Origin: the human T2T-CHM13v2.0 reference genome, Homo sapiens
Strand: one strand, 5' to 3'
DNA length: 64,000 bases
Assembly (NCBI RefSeq): GCF_009914755.1
Contig: NC_060943.1
In this document: positions 39,136 through 64,000 of the stretch, one piece after another
How positions within the stretch are numbered: position 1 is the first letter of the stretch
Layout of the letters: every line of letters begins with the position of its first letter
Notes under the pieces: generated by a model
Database searches by the model: none
The model's input: only the letters and a program-made list of their open reading frames with translations
Told to the model about the DNA's origin: nothing
Translations under genes and position numbers: made by a program

Positions 39136-40050
39136 TAAAGAAATCCTCCTACCTCAGCCTTCTGAGTAGCTGGGATTATAGGTGTGCACCACCACACCTG
39201 GCTAATTTTTAAATTTTTTTGCAGAGACAGGGCCTCACTATGTTGTCCAGGTTGGTCTCAAACTCTGGGGCTCAAGTGATCCTCCCACCTGAGCCTCTCA
39301 AAGTGTTGAGATTACAGGTGTGAGCCACTACGCCCAGCTCAATCATCTTTTAAGCAATTTAAATAATAAGATATATTTACCCACATATTAGTCATTTCCT
39401 ATGTAGGTCCAAATTTCCATCTGATATCACTTTCCATTTGTCTGAAGAACCTGAACATTTCTTAGAGTGTAGGAAAGCATCAATCCTCTCATCTTTTAGA
39501 TGTCTAAAAAAATCAGACATCCACAAATTTTCACCTTCGTACAAAAGTATTTTCACATTGTATAGAATTCAAGGTAACATTTTTCATTTCTGCGCTATAC
39601 AAGAATTTTGCTCAACTGTCTTCTAGGTTATGTTGGTTTCAACAAGAAATACTTTTATTCTTGCATTTGTTCCTCTCTATGTAGTCTCCTTTCTCTGCTG
39701 ACTTACTCTTTATCACTATTTTAAAGCAATTAGATTATGATCAGTCTTTGTTTAGATTTCTACATTTCTTGTGATTAGAATTCACTGAGTTGCTTCAATT
39801 TGTAAGTCTACAGTTTTCACCAATTGGGAAAATTTTTAAGCTTACTAATCCTTTTCCTGCAATATCTAATCATTTCTCCAGAGTATTTTACATCTCAGAC
39901 ATTGTAGTTTTCATTTGTGGATGTTTAATGTGGTTTAAAAAAACATCTCCCATGATTCTCCTAAAAGTGCTTATATTTCAGCCAGGTGCAGTGGCTTACA
40001 CATGTAATCCCAGCAGTTTGAGAGGCTAAAGCAAGACCCTGTCTCTACTA

Positions 40051-40212
<162 letters not shown>

Positions 40213-42454
40213 TTAAAAAAAAAAGAAAAAAAAAGTGCTTATATTTTGGTCTACCTTTGTCAACATATGAAATATCATTATAATTATTCTGATAACCTGT
40301 CAATTCTAATACGTGAGACAATTTTGATTAATCAATTTTGCTCCTCGTTATGTGTCATGTTTTCCTGGTCCTTTGCATGTCTTGTAACCTTTTTTTTTTT
40401 CTTTTTTTGAGACAGAGTCTCGATCTTGTTGCCCAGGCTGGATTGTAATGGTGTGATCTCTGCTCACTGCAACTTCCACCTCCCCGGGTTCAAGTGATTC
40501 TCCTGCCTCAGCCTCCCGAGTAGCTGGGATTACAGGCATGCACCACCAGGCCCGACTAATTTTTTGTATTTTTAGTAGAAACGGGTTTTCTTCGTTTTGG
40601 TCAGGCTGGTCTGGAACTCCCAACCTCAGATGATCTGCCCACCTCAGCCTCCCAAAGTGCTGGGATTACAGGCGTGAGCCACTGCACCCACCCGTCTTGT
40701 AACTTTTGATTGGATGCTAAACATTGAAATGTTACCTTGCCAGGTATCCTGGTATATTTTTCAATATTTTTGAGCTTTGTTTTGAAATATAGTTCACGTA
40801 ACTTGAAAACAGTTTGATCTTTTTCATGGGTTCTTTTTCAGCTTTGATAAGGCAGGACCAGAGCAAGACTAATTAGTCCAAAGCTGATTTTTCCTCTCTC
40901 TTAAGACAGTATACTTCTGAGTATCCGAGGTCTTGTGAATTATGAGGGTTTTTCCACTTTGGCTATTGGTAACACCTGCTATTCCTGGACTTGTTTGAGC
41001 TATGAGGATTATTCCCTCTATTCATTTCAAGTGGGTTTTTCCACAGCTTCAGGTGTTTTCACATATAGCTAACTGGTCAGTACTTTCAGCTGAAGATTCA
41101 AAGGGAACTCCCTGGCAGCGCTCCAGAGATCTCTTCATGGAGGTTGTTCCTGTCTAGTACTTTGTTCCACATACCCTGGCTTCTGCAAATCCTCAAGTTT
41201 GTGTCTCAATTCGGGAAGAACACTGGGCTCTGCTTCTGTTAACTCTCCCTGAGCAATGGACTGAAAATACTCCAGATGTTAAGTTGGGAGAAATAATAGA
41301 GCTCACCTTGGTGGTTTCTGCAAATGGGGATTGTGGTCTGCTTGTTGTTCAGTGTCTGAAAACTGTCATTCTATATATTTTTAAAAATTATTGAGATGGG
41401 AGGGTACATCCTACCCTGTTATTATATCTTAAAAGTAAGCAAAATTTTAATTTTTTTTTTTTTGAGATAGGGTCTTGCTTTGTAGTCCAGGCTAACGTGC
41501 AGTGGTGCCCTCATGGCAGCCTCAAACTCCTGGCTCAAGCGATCCTCTTGCCTCAGCTTCCCGAGTAACTGGGACTACAGGTGCATGCCACCATGCCTGG
41601 CAATTTTTTTTTTTACTTTTTGTAGAGATGAGTCTTGTTGTTTTGTTCTCCAGCCTTGTCTCAAACTCCTGGGCTCAAAGGATCCTCCCACCTTGGCTTC
41701 CCAAAATGTGGGGATTACAGGAGTGAGCCACTGTGTTCAGCCTAAAATTATATCTTGCTTTATCTCAATAATGCTTATTTAAGAAGAAAAAGCTAAAAGA
41801 AAAACACTTAATGATCTCTTCCATAAGATCACCAAGACCAAGGCCCTGATCAAGAAACATGTGGTTGATAATCCACATGGTAAAGCTTTCTTTTTTTGTG
41901 ATTACGTCTTTGCATGCGTGTGTCTCAGTGAAGACCATGGAAACTAGAGGAGTATCTAAAAATTGCTCAATTACCATTAACTGTAGAGAGAAAAATAGGA
42001 AGGAATAGAACATAAGTGCATAAAAATAGTAAGAATAGCCAGGCACAGTGGCTCACGCCTGTAACCCCAGCACTTTGGGAGGCCAAGGCGGGTGGATCAC
42101 AAGGCCAGGAGTTCAAGACCAGCCTGGCCAAGATGGTGAAACCCTGTCTCTACTAAAAATACAAAAAATTAGCCAGGTGTGGTGGCGGACACCTGTAATC
42201 CAGCTATTTGGGAGGCTGAGGCAGAGAATTGCTTGAACCCGGGAGGCGGAGGTTGCAGTGAGCCGAGATCGCACCACTGCACTCCAGCCTGGGCAACAGA
42301 GTGAGACTCCGTCTCAAAAAAATAAAATATAAATCAATATTACAACTTTTTTGCATATTGTTTCCACTTTAAAATATTTAAGATGCTTTCAGACCGGGCG
42401 TGGTGGCTCAAGCCTGTAATCCCAGCACTTTGGGAGGCCAAGGCGGGCGGATCA

Positions 42455-42703
<249 letters not shown>

Positions 42704-42736
42704 CTAAAAATTAACGACTTTTCTTTGCTTTTTTAG

Positions 42737-42877
<141 letters not shown>

Positions 42878-43188
42878 TAATTAAAAAAAATTTTTTTTTG
42901 TAGACACAGGGTCTCACTATGTTGCCAGGGCTGTTCTTGAACTCCTGACTTCAAGTAATCCTCCCTCTTCGGCCTCCCAAAGTGCTGGAATTAAAGGCGT
43001 GAGCCACCACACCCAGCCTATGATTTTTAATATATACCTAACATTGCTCAATTAATTTTGCAAATGATAATTAAGTGCTTGGCAATATTTCATTGGTTAA
43101 ATCCATAAGATTATTTTTTATCTGAATAGAATATAAGTATTCAGAATATTCCTAATAGAAAGTTTTCTAATAATGGAAACATTGTATA

Positions 43189-43375
43189 CAGTAGTCTCCC
43201 TCTTATCTGCAGGGGTTATGTTCCAAGACCCCCAGGGGAAGCCTGAAACCAAGGATGGCACCAAACCATCCTATTTTTTTACTAAACATATGTACTTATG
43301 ATAAAGTTTAATTTATAAATTAGGCACAGCAAGAGATTAACAACAAGGAAACATTAGATAAAGAGGGGACTACTG
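43189..43375 (+). mobile_element. MER44 (Tigger7-type) internally deleted DNA transposon
   Basis: TIRs CAGTAGTC...GACTACTG with TA TSDs. Confidence 0.75.
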
Positions 43376-43746
43376 TATCTGTAAAGTCCAATACACATGG
43401 CTATTGAACACTTAACTGTGACTAGTCCTACTGGTGAACTCAATTTTATGCCTTATTAAATTTAAATTAATTTAAAATGGCCACGTGTAGCTGGTGGCTA
43501 CTGTATCTACCTGACAGTGCAGATCTAGAGGAATGTCAATTGCTTAATATTTAATGCAATCAATGCTAATTATGTGACAAATTATAACTTTAACATGAGG
43601 CAATAAAATAAAACTATTAGTGGATATTTACTCACCCTGCATTAAAATTTTTCACACATTAAAGAATCTGTCATTCTCATGAGGGCTGCTGGTAAGTATC
43701 CAAACACGTCTAAGCAGCAATGCATTTTATATATATATTTTTTTGA

Positions 43747-44062
<316 letters not shown>

Positions 44063-45627
44063 TGAACTCCTAGCATTGTATTGCCAAGAACACATAATGC
44101 TTGATTTTCATTGAGGGGTTCATGTGGGGATGCGTCTTTTATGTGGAACCCAGTGGTAATACCACAATGTGCAGTGCTCACAGGCGTTGTGCCTCGGGCA
44201 GGTACGCAGCTCAGTTAATCTGTTGCTTTCATAGAAAGTAGAAATTCAAATAGAGTATCAGGTGATTTTGGAAGTGTTTAACAATCCAGTATTAAAACTG
44301 TAAGAAGGAAAACAAAATAAAGAAAAAACAGGACCATATGGGTTTAAAGCCAAATTTTATCTAACCTTTAATAAACAAATAATGGCAATAACAAAAATTT
44401 AAAACATTCTTAATTTTGAATGTTAATATATGAATGCTAATAATATTAATATCAATTTTGAATATTTGGACAAAAATCCCAAACAAAATATTCATAAGAT
44501 AAATTAAGCAGCTTATCAAAACAATAATATACCACAGCTAAGCATATTATATTTCAGAAATGGTTTAAAACAAGAAATCAGAATGAATTATAACATTAAA
44601 ATAGCAGAGGAGAATGATATATGAACAAAGCAAAAGAAGTGATAGGATTTGAAAAAATATAAGAAGTTAGCCCTAATTATAGAGCATACTTGCATACAAC
44701 AAAGTAAATATTAGTTGAATGGTAAAATATTGTACTGATTTCCATTAAACTGTTTAAACAACTAAGACACTGGCTATTACCCCAATACTTGACATAATCG
44801 TATTTATTTTAATAAAAGTAAAGAAATAATAATGATTTTAAAAGAAAATTCATTTCCATTCATAGATAATCTGACTGAATACACAGAAATCTCACATACT
44901 ATTAAAAATATAAATAGATTACCAGTTTATGGTTAGAGTGATAATGGCAACATCCAAATATAATATGATAGTATGTGGGAAAACTATCAGTATCAGAAAA
45001 ATCATGAATGCACTTTAAACAGCTACTCTCCAGGAAAAGGATATTATATATAAAATAACAGAAGAATCAAGATCTAGAGTATGTGTGTGTATTCATAAAT
45101 CAGCAGGTTGAGAAAATGAGCAAAAGAAACAAACAGGAAAGTCACAGTAAATAACATGATTGGCTAATAAATACATATAAAAAATACTTAATGGGTTAGT
45201 TAAAAAAATAATTATATTTTTAGATGGACAAGTGGAGTTACTGGATACTTTTATTTCCAGCTGACCAGACTAGAAATTACAAGAGTAGAAGAGCATTTGG
45301 AAAAGATCCAAGTATAGATACATCAGCTATGACTGCAATTATAGAGTTTTGTTATTTACAGACTCCTCTGAAACAATATTCTAAGTAGAGTTTTAAAAAA
45401 TTATCTATAACCTAAATACTGATCAGGATGAGAGTTTAAAAACATTTAGGCCAGGCGTGGGGGCGCACACCTGTAATCCCAACACTTTGGGAGGCCGAGG
45501 CAGGTGGATCACCTGAGGTCGAGAGTTCGAGACCAGCCTGACCAACATGGAGAAACCCTGTCTCTACTAAAAGTATAAAAAAAATTAGGCAGGCGTGGTG
45601 ATGCGTGCCTGTAATCCCAGCTACTCA

Positions 45628-45732
<105 letters not shown>

Positions 45733-46637
45733 TCAAAAACAACAACAACAAAAAAAAAAAACCCAAAAAACAAAACAAAACAAAAAAACATTTAGGTTTT
45801 TCATTTTGTAGAAAAGTAACAGTAGTACGAGTACAGAAAAAGGTGGTTACTTGCCTATCATCATGTGAGCTGACTGCATTCTCCCGGGGATTAATCACAT
45901 GACAAAATGCTGAAATTCCAGTTTGAGGGTCATTCCTTTAGGTCTTGGCAGCATTTCAGCTTATGGTTTCATGTCCCGATTTTTTTTTTTTTTTTTTTTT
46001 GAGACAGAGTCTCACTCTGTCACCCAGGCTGGAATGCAGTGGCACAATCTCGGCTCACTGCAGCCTATGCCTCCGGGTTCAAGTGATTCTCCTGCCTCAG
46101 GCTCCAGAGCAGCTGGGATTACAGGCATGCGCCACCACACCTGGCTCATTTTTGTATTTTTAGTAGAGATGGGGTTTCACCATGTTGGCCAGGCTGGTCT
46201 TCAACTCCTGACCTCAAGTGATCCGACCACCTCGGCCTTACCCAAAGTGCTGGGATTACAGGCATGAGCCACCACACTCAGACTTAAGTGTTAGTAGGTA
46301 ATATTAATAGAAATGGAAGTTCCGAGGTAATTCTTAGATACACTGGGTTATGGAAAGGCAAACAAACTTTCTACACCACAGTGCACGTCAATCTTGTGAG
46401 AGGTTAATCATGTGGTTTTTGTTTGTTCCAAGAGCAGGAGATTGCTTCATTGGCTTGTCTAAGAACATAAACCATTTTTCAATTATCAAGTACAGTGGTC
46501 ATCTAACCTATAGCAAAATCATTCTGCATTGTGTTTTATTTCATTATCAAAACTTAAAATTGCATAGGGGAAATGATGTTAATATTTAAAGGCGAATTAT
46601 TTCCTTTGTGGACAAAAGGGATATGAGCATGTAGATC

Positions 46638-46959
46638 ACAACGAATGATCACACTGACACTACAGACACAATGAATGATCACGCTGACACTAAAGACACA
46701 ACAAATGATCACGCTGACACTACAGACACAATGATGACGCTGACACTACAGACACAATGAATGATCACGCTGACACTACAGACACAACGAATGATCACGC
46801 TGACACTACAGACACAACGAATGATCACGCTGACACTAAAGACACAACAAATGATCACGCTGACACTACAGACACAATGTTCACGCTGACACTACAGACA
46901 CAACGAATGATCACGCTGACACTACAGACACAACGAATGATCACGCTGACACTACAGAA
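46638..46959 (+). repeat. Minisatellite, 11 units (9x30 bp and 2x26 bp), consensus ACAACGAATGATCACGCTGACACTACAGAC
   Basis: Units delimited directly from the sequence. Confidence 0.95.
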
Positions 46960-47478
46960 CTTTGGCTGACAATGCATAATGCGTGATGCTCCTTAGTTTG
47001 GAAAAGTAATTTTTATAGGGCTGGAAGTGAGTTTAGGTAGTTATCAACTGCAATCCTGATTTCCAAAAGGTTTTTAAAAAGGTAGTTTTTAGAATTGATG
47101 GTATCGTGCACATAATTCATCCCATTTATAAAACTGTATATAAAGCTTAGAAAAATTACAAGGATAAACACAGATCAACATTCCTTTTCTTTCATTTGTC
47201 TAGAATATATTGAACCAGAAGAATGAATTGACTCTGCCAGAAAAATGACTATTGCACAATTATTTTAAAAGAATCTTAGAGTTTGCTGATATCATACTCA
47301 GAAATTTTCCATTTACCCTAATGAGTGAAACTCATCTTGTTTTCAATCATGTTTTAAAAATTCCGATTTCCTACAATATCTATGTCATTTTGAAAAACTA
47401 TATTCTTTCACAAATATAATTCCTTCTCAAAATACATTAGAGATTGCTAAATATTTTGGTATAAACATCAAAAATTAA

Positions 47479-47835
<357 letters not shown>

Positions 47836-48452
47836 TAGAGATTTAGCTCATGTTCCACAAAATGGGAGGGGGTAAGATTTGAATAAAAACTAGTTTTATT
47901 TCCTAATCATTAATCTCTTTATCTAGTTTTATTAATTTTTTCTTAATATTGGTATATTTGTTTTCCTTTCTTCTAGCCTCATATATTAACATTGTTTCTA
48001 TCCACAGATTTATAGTCTAACCTTTAACAGGCAGTTCATATGTGCTACACAGAGAGATGAATACAATGACATCTTTTTGTTTCAATCCTTGTTTCCTGAA
48101 TTAAAGGGATTATGTTTTCAAATTAACGGATCAATGTAGCACCCATCAAATTACTAATGCAAAATGGAATTGTTCAATGGAGAGCTGACAGTTGCCTCTT
48201 TAAGCAAGCTTTACAGTGTAGCATAAATAATCATGTAAAAACCTGATATGCTTTCAGAAGTCTGCAGCATCATTCATGAGATGTTCTTGACAAAAATCTC
48301 AACCTAATGAATTTTCTAGACATAACTGCCAATTTATGGGAAAACAAGGGACAGAGCAACAAGTTAAATCATACTGTGAAGCAGAAATCAAGAATGTGGG
48401 ACATTCTTTGGGTACTTAAAAAAGAAAAATTCAGGCTGGGTGTGGTGGCTCA

Positions 48453-48913
<461 letters not shown>

Positions 48914-49375
48914 TTATAGTATCACAGTTATCCAGGAAATTTGCATATATTTAAAGGCAAAGGGCCATGGTATCTACAACTTACTCTCAAATGATACAGA
49001 AATAACCCATACATAAGCGGATAAAAAGAGCTGAAATAAGATAAAGCAAATAACATGAATGTAAACATATATGGTGGGTTACTAAACAATTCTTTCATTT
49101 TTTCTGTATGTTAAATTAAAATGTACATTTCAAATTTAGGGAAAACCTCCAAGACAACAATTTACTTCTTGATAGCCCATTATTAATTCCTACTTAATCT
49201 TAAATTGTGAACAGAAAATATGAACTGTTGGCTATTATCAAAATCTTGGCCAGGCACAGTGGCTCACACCTATAATCCCAGCAATTTGGGAAGCCAAGGC
49301 AGGAGGATTGCTTGAGGCCAGGGGTTTGAGACCAGCCTAGGCAACATAGTGAGACCCCATCTCCACAAAAAATGA

Positions 49376-49639
<264 letters not shown>

Positions 49640-50637
49640 TGATCTCAGGCGATCTGCCAGCCTTGGCTTCCTAAACTGCTGGGATTAGAGGTGTGAGCCA
49701 CTGCACCTGGTCAAAATCTTTAGACATGCTAAAATCATATTCTTAATTTCCAAAATTATATAAAATTTAATAATAGATGAGTGGCTTTCAGAAGCTGTTC
49801 TAAATTAATTATGCTATTAGAATCTTTCATAAAAATTAATTATCAGCAACACAAATAATGACGATATCTATAATAGGTCATATTTATTTATTTATTTATT
49901 TTAAGATGGAGTCTCGCTCTGTCACCCAGGCTGGAGTGCAGTGGCATGATCCCGCCTCCCAGGTTCAAGTGATTCTCCTGCCTCGGCCTTTCTGAGTAGC
50001 TGGGACTACAGGTGCGTGTCACCACGCCCGGCTAATTTTTTGTATTTTTTGTAGAGATGGGGTTTCACCATGTTAGCCAGGATGGTCTCGATCTCCTGAC
50101 ATGTGATCCACCCTCCTCAGCCTCCCAAACTGCTGAGATTACAGGCGTAAGCCACTGCGCCCGGCCAATAGCTCATATTTATTGAGCATAACGCTATATG
50201 CCAAACAGTCTTCCCAGGTTTTGACAAGTATAATTTCGGCCACATCCGCATAATAGGACTCTTATGTACCTTTTTTCTTTTTAGATGGGGCCTAAAAAAG
50301 CCAGGCTGGTGTGCAGTGGCTATTCACAGGCACCATCATAGAGCACTGCAGGCTTACACTCTTGCCTCAAGCGATCCTCCCGCCTCAGTCTCCCGAGTAG
50401 CTGGGACTACAGGTGTGCGCCACCATGCCTGGGTTTCATGTAGGCTCTTGATTATACTTTGCAAATAATTCCCATAGATGATAAATATCTTGGCCAATGA
50501 CACACAGGGAGTTATGTGGCAGTGATGACAGGTAAGGCATGTGCCATGGCTAAAAGCACTATTGCATATGTGACATTAACAAGTTAGTTTATTAGTACTA
50601 ATTTTTGAGACTTCAACAATGATTGAGTGGTGTCAGG

Positions 50638-53640
<3,003 letters not shown>

Positions 53641-53665
53641 GAAAGGCTTTTGGTCATCCTTTTAA

Positions 53666-53879
<214 letters not shown>

Positions 53880-54248
53880 TAGCCAGGATGGTCTCTATCT
53901 CCTGACCTCGTGATCCGCCCACCTTGGCCTCTCAAAGTGCTGGGATTACAGGCAAACCACCGCGCCCAGCCTTAATTATTAAGTTTTTTTAAAAAAAAAT
54001 CCATGCCATGGATGTTGTAGGCATGAAGAAACTGGGATTCCTGTTTTTTTTTTTTTTTCTTAATTTACCATTGAATAGTCAGATATTCCATTAAAACAGG
54101 ACTGACATTGAATGCTTTCTAATGTGGCAAGATCTGCATTTTGAACTCTCTCAATTGCTAAAGCCATACCTATAAGACTAACATTCCATCATTTCTCACC
54201 AGTGTGGGCTGTCTGATGATGAATGGCGCGCTCATACTCTTTACGGTC

Positions 54249-55951
54249 TTACACTTTTATGCTCCTATGAATTCTCTGATGGGCTTTAAGGGCTGAACCA
54301 TATCTGAAGGTTTTCCCACACTGCTTACACACATAGGGTTTCTCACCAGTATGAATTCTCTCATGTTGAACAAGGTTTGAAGCACGACTGAAGGCCTTCC
54401 CACATTCTTTACATTCATAAGGTTTTCCACCAGTATGAATTTTCTGATGTTGGGTAAGGTAGCCATACATTTTAAAGGCCTTTCCACATTCTTTACATTC
54501 ATAGGGTTTTTTATCAGCATGAATGCTCTGATGTGCAGTAAGGTGTGAACTACGTCTAAAGGTCTTCCCACATTCCTTACATTCAAAAGGTTTCTCATCA
54601 GTATGAATACTTTGATGTAGAGTAAGATTTCTATAGAAAGTAAAGGTTTTTCTACATACCTTACATTCATAGGGTTTCACACCAGTATGAATTTTCTGAT
54701 GTTGATTAAGATATCCATGCAAGCTAAAGGTCTTGCCACATTCCTTACATTTATAGGGTTTCTCACCAGTATGAGTTTTCCGATGTTGAATAAGGTTTGA
54801 GCCAGTACTATAGGCCTTCCCACATTCCTGACATTCAAAAAGTTTCTTACCAGTGTGAATATTCTGATGTCGAGTAAGATTTCTATACAAAGTAAAGGTT
54901 TTTTTACACTCCTTACATTCAAAGTGTTTCATGCCAGTATGAATTTTCTGATGTTGTTTAAGGTAGCCATACAAGCTAAAGGCCTTTCCGCATTCCTTGC
55001 ATTCATAGGGTTTCTCGCCAGTATGAGTTTTCTGATGTTGAAAGAGTTTTGAACCAGTAGTATAGGTCTTCCCACATTGCTTGCATTCAAAAAGTTTCTC
55101 ACCAGTATGAATATTCTGATGCCGAGTAAGATTTCTATACAAAGTAAAGGTTTTCTTACACTCCTTACATTCATAGGGTTTTCCACCTTTATGAATTCTC
55201 TGATGTAGAAGAAAGTATGAGGCAGTGGTATAGCCCTTCCCACATTCTTTACACTCATATGGCTTTTTACCAGTGTGAACTCTCTGATGTACAGTAAGCT
55301 GGTGACCTCTTCTAAAGGCCTTTCCACATTTCTCACATATGTATGGCTTCTCATCAGTATGAAACTGCCCATGTTCAACAAGATTTGAGCGCCTACTAAA
55401 AGTCTTCCCACATTCCTTACATTTATATGGTTTTTCGCCAGTATGAACTCTCTGATGAATTCTAAGATGTCCACCTTGACTAAAGGCCCTCCCACACTCC
55501 TGACATTCATACGGCTTCCCACCAGTGTGAATTCTCTCATGTTGAACAATGTGTGAGGCATATATAAAGGCCTTCCCACACTGCCTACATTCATAGGTTT
55601 TCTCACCAGTATGAAATCTCTGATGCACAGTCAGCTGATAACCACTTCTAAAGTTCTTCCCACATTCTGTACATTCATAGGGTTTCTCACCAGTATGAAA
55701 TCTTTGATGTAGAGTAAGTTGATAGCCACTACGAAAGTTCTTCCCACACTCTTTGCATTCATAGGGTCTCTCAATGACATGAAACCTGTGATGTAGAATA
55801 AGTTGATAACCACTACTAAATTTCTTCTGACATTTCTTACATTCATAGAGTTTCTCTCTCTTATATATGCTCTGAAGTTGTGTAGAGGATATATCTGTTT
55901 CATAAGTGGGTACTTCTATGTAGCTGATTATCTCACACTGTAAATCCAAAT
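54249..55951 (-). CDS. ZNF573: ZNF573 terminal coding exon, 19 intact C2H2 fingers; KRAB exons lie beyond the right edge
   Basis: 574-aa ORF. Acceptor ttttgtttcag|AT TTG GAT at 55952/55951 (phase 1, typical of KRAB-ZNF finger exons). Stop TAA. Identified from the recalled protein and cluster order. Confidence 0.88.
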
Positions 55952-56480
55952 CTGAAACAAAAGAGGACAACAAAAAAAATTTGTATTTCTATACCAGAGA
56001 ACAAGAAACTTTATGCAACAAAGAAAAACCAACATTCATAATAAGTGAATGGCATATAGAATTCAAAAATATGGTTACGAAATTTGAAAAAGGCCAAAAA
56101 GAGTTCAGAGACGTATGAGAGTTTACGTAAGATAGTGAAATTACTGATTGAGGACATAGGTAACATTTAGGTGGGGCCAGAATCTTTGACAAGCTTGTTC
56201 CAAATCTGCTATATTGGCACCGTCAAAGACCAAGTGAATTAAAACTGAGAGGAGAGAAACCTTGACATCTTTATTTTGAACCTATCACTGATTTAGATGC
56301 AGGTCAGTGTTTAAGAATACATCCTTTAAGTTTCTCGAGTGATTTTTCACTGTTCTTAAAATAAAATACAAATCCCTTTCCAAGGACTGCTGCTTACCTA
56401 GGAGGTCTCATGTCAAAACATCAGCTCTTTGCTTCCTATTCTCTATCATAGTCCCTCTTTTCAACACCTGGAATATAGTA

Positions 56481-56821
56481 CAATTGCCCCTTGGTATCTG
56501 TGGAGGATCAGTTCCAGGACCTCCTGCAGATACCAAAACCCAACCCAGATACCGACGCCTTAAGTCCCTGATATAAAATGGCATAGTATTTGCACATAAC
56601 CTATAAACATCTTCCTGTATACTTTAAATCATCTCTGGATTACTTACAATACCCAATACAATGTAAATGCTATGTGAATAGCTGTTCTACTGTTGCTTCG
56701 AAAATAATGGCAAGAAAAAAGCCTGTATGTGGTCAGTACCCTCACAATTTAAAAATATATGTTTGATCTGAAGATGGTTGAATCCATGAGTGCAGAACCC
56801 ATAGATACAAAGGGCCAACTG
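56481..56821 (+). mobile_element. MER2 (Tigger) DNA transposon
   Basis: TA-flanked; AAGTCCCTGATATAAAATGGCATAGTATTTGCAC core. Confidence 0.8.
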
Positions 56822-57227
56822 TACAACTTCCCCCAACACTTAATGCTTTCCACAGACCGTTTAACTGCTCAAGAGTCCTTGGACTTAGACATTTTGTAGG
56901 CTGAATCCTTCTCATCCTTTATGTTTCAGAGTAAATGTTCTTTCTTTAGAAAGGCAGTACCTGCTAACTCTGTCTGTCTCTCTATCTTTATCTGTCTGTT
57001 TATCTATCTATCCATCCATCTAGCTATCAATCAATCATCAAGACAGAGTCTTGCTCTGTCACTCAGGCTGAAGTACAATAGCCCAATCATAGTTCACTGC
57101 AGCCTTGTACTCTTCCAGCTCAAGCGATTTTCCCACCTCAGCCTCTCAAGTAACTGGGACTACAGATGCACAACACCACACCTGGCTAATTTTAAAATTA
57201 TGTGTAGAGACAGGGTCTCACTGTGTT

Positions 57228-59893
<2,666 letters not shown>

Positions 59894-60214
59894 AGACTAC
59901 TGATGTCACACAGATACACCAAAAAGGTATGAAAGGGTTTATAACTCTCATCATGAGGCTTTCTAGAGAGCAGAGCAGCTCCCAAGCAGGTCATAAAACA
60001 ACTTGAGAGATTAGGAAAAGGAGGCTGGCTTGGAGTTTGCATGGTGGTTAGGGTGTGGTGCTGGGCTGAGTGTTCCTGCTCATGGCATGGGGTTCACATG
60101 GTTTGAATGAGAAGGAGGGAGCACCTAGGTTTTTTACCAGCTGGCCCAGAAGTAGACAGAAGGGGAAAAAAAAAGAGGAGTCATCAGCAGTTAAACATCA
60201 AAAACAGAGTCAGG

Positions 60215-63900
<3,686 letters not shown>

Positions 63901-64000
63901 AGTTAATTACCAGTGGTCTTTGTTTGGTTGGTGGAGAAAAGAAAACAAACAAAAACGATCATTACGCACTACTTCTGCAATATTCTTGGCAAAAAATGTT

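Noticed and set aside
46638-46959. CRISPR-like array or repeat protein (ORF 46757-46969)
   Set aside because: Head-to-tail tandem repeat without unique spacers, in human DNA. The ORF results from the 30-bp unit length.
54257-55903. Shifted-frame ORFs within the ZNF573 exon
   Set aside because: Broken by several stops; a shadow of the finger repeat.

Overview
Human (primate) genomic DNA from the 19q13 KRAB zinc-finger cluster. All three genes are on the minus strand. The window holds (i) the CpG-island promoter and 5' exons of a gene running off the left edge (ZNF781, named from cluster order only), (ii) a complete KRAB-C2H2 gene, ZNF607, whose coding exons 27369-27377, 25450-25576, 23669-23767 and 13790-15645 join into 696 aa, and (iii) the terminal 19-finger exon of ZNF573 (54249-55951). 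Between ZNF607 and ZNF781, and in their orientation, lie two processed pseudogenes. A full-length prohibitin (PHB1) retrocopy with a perfect 17-bp TSD appears to sit inside the ZNF607 3'UTR. A selenoprotein K retrocopy keeps an uninterrupted ORF, its in-frame UGA and a SECIS-shaped hairpin; it has lost the parental stop codon, which creates a U-G-R-C (UxxC) C-terminus. The rest is dense in Alus (about 70) and also holds L1 fragments, solo ERV LTRs (LTR10F, MER31, MER34/39-like), a 5'-truncated SVA, Tigger-type DNA transposons, a tailless half-tRNA-Trp retrocopy and a 30-bp minisatellite with higher-order structure. Most short ORFs in the track are Alu or L1 translations. Repeat subfamily names and comparisons with parental genes come from recalled consensus sequences, not from searches.
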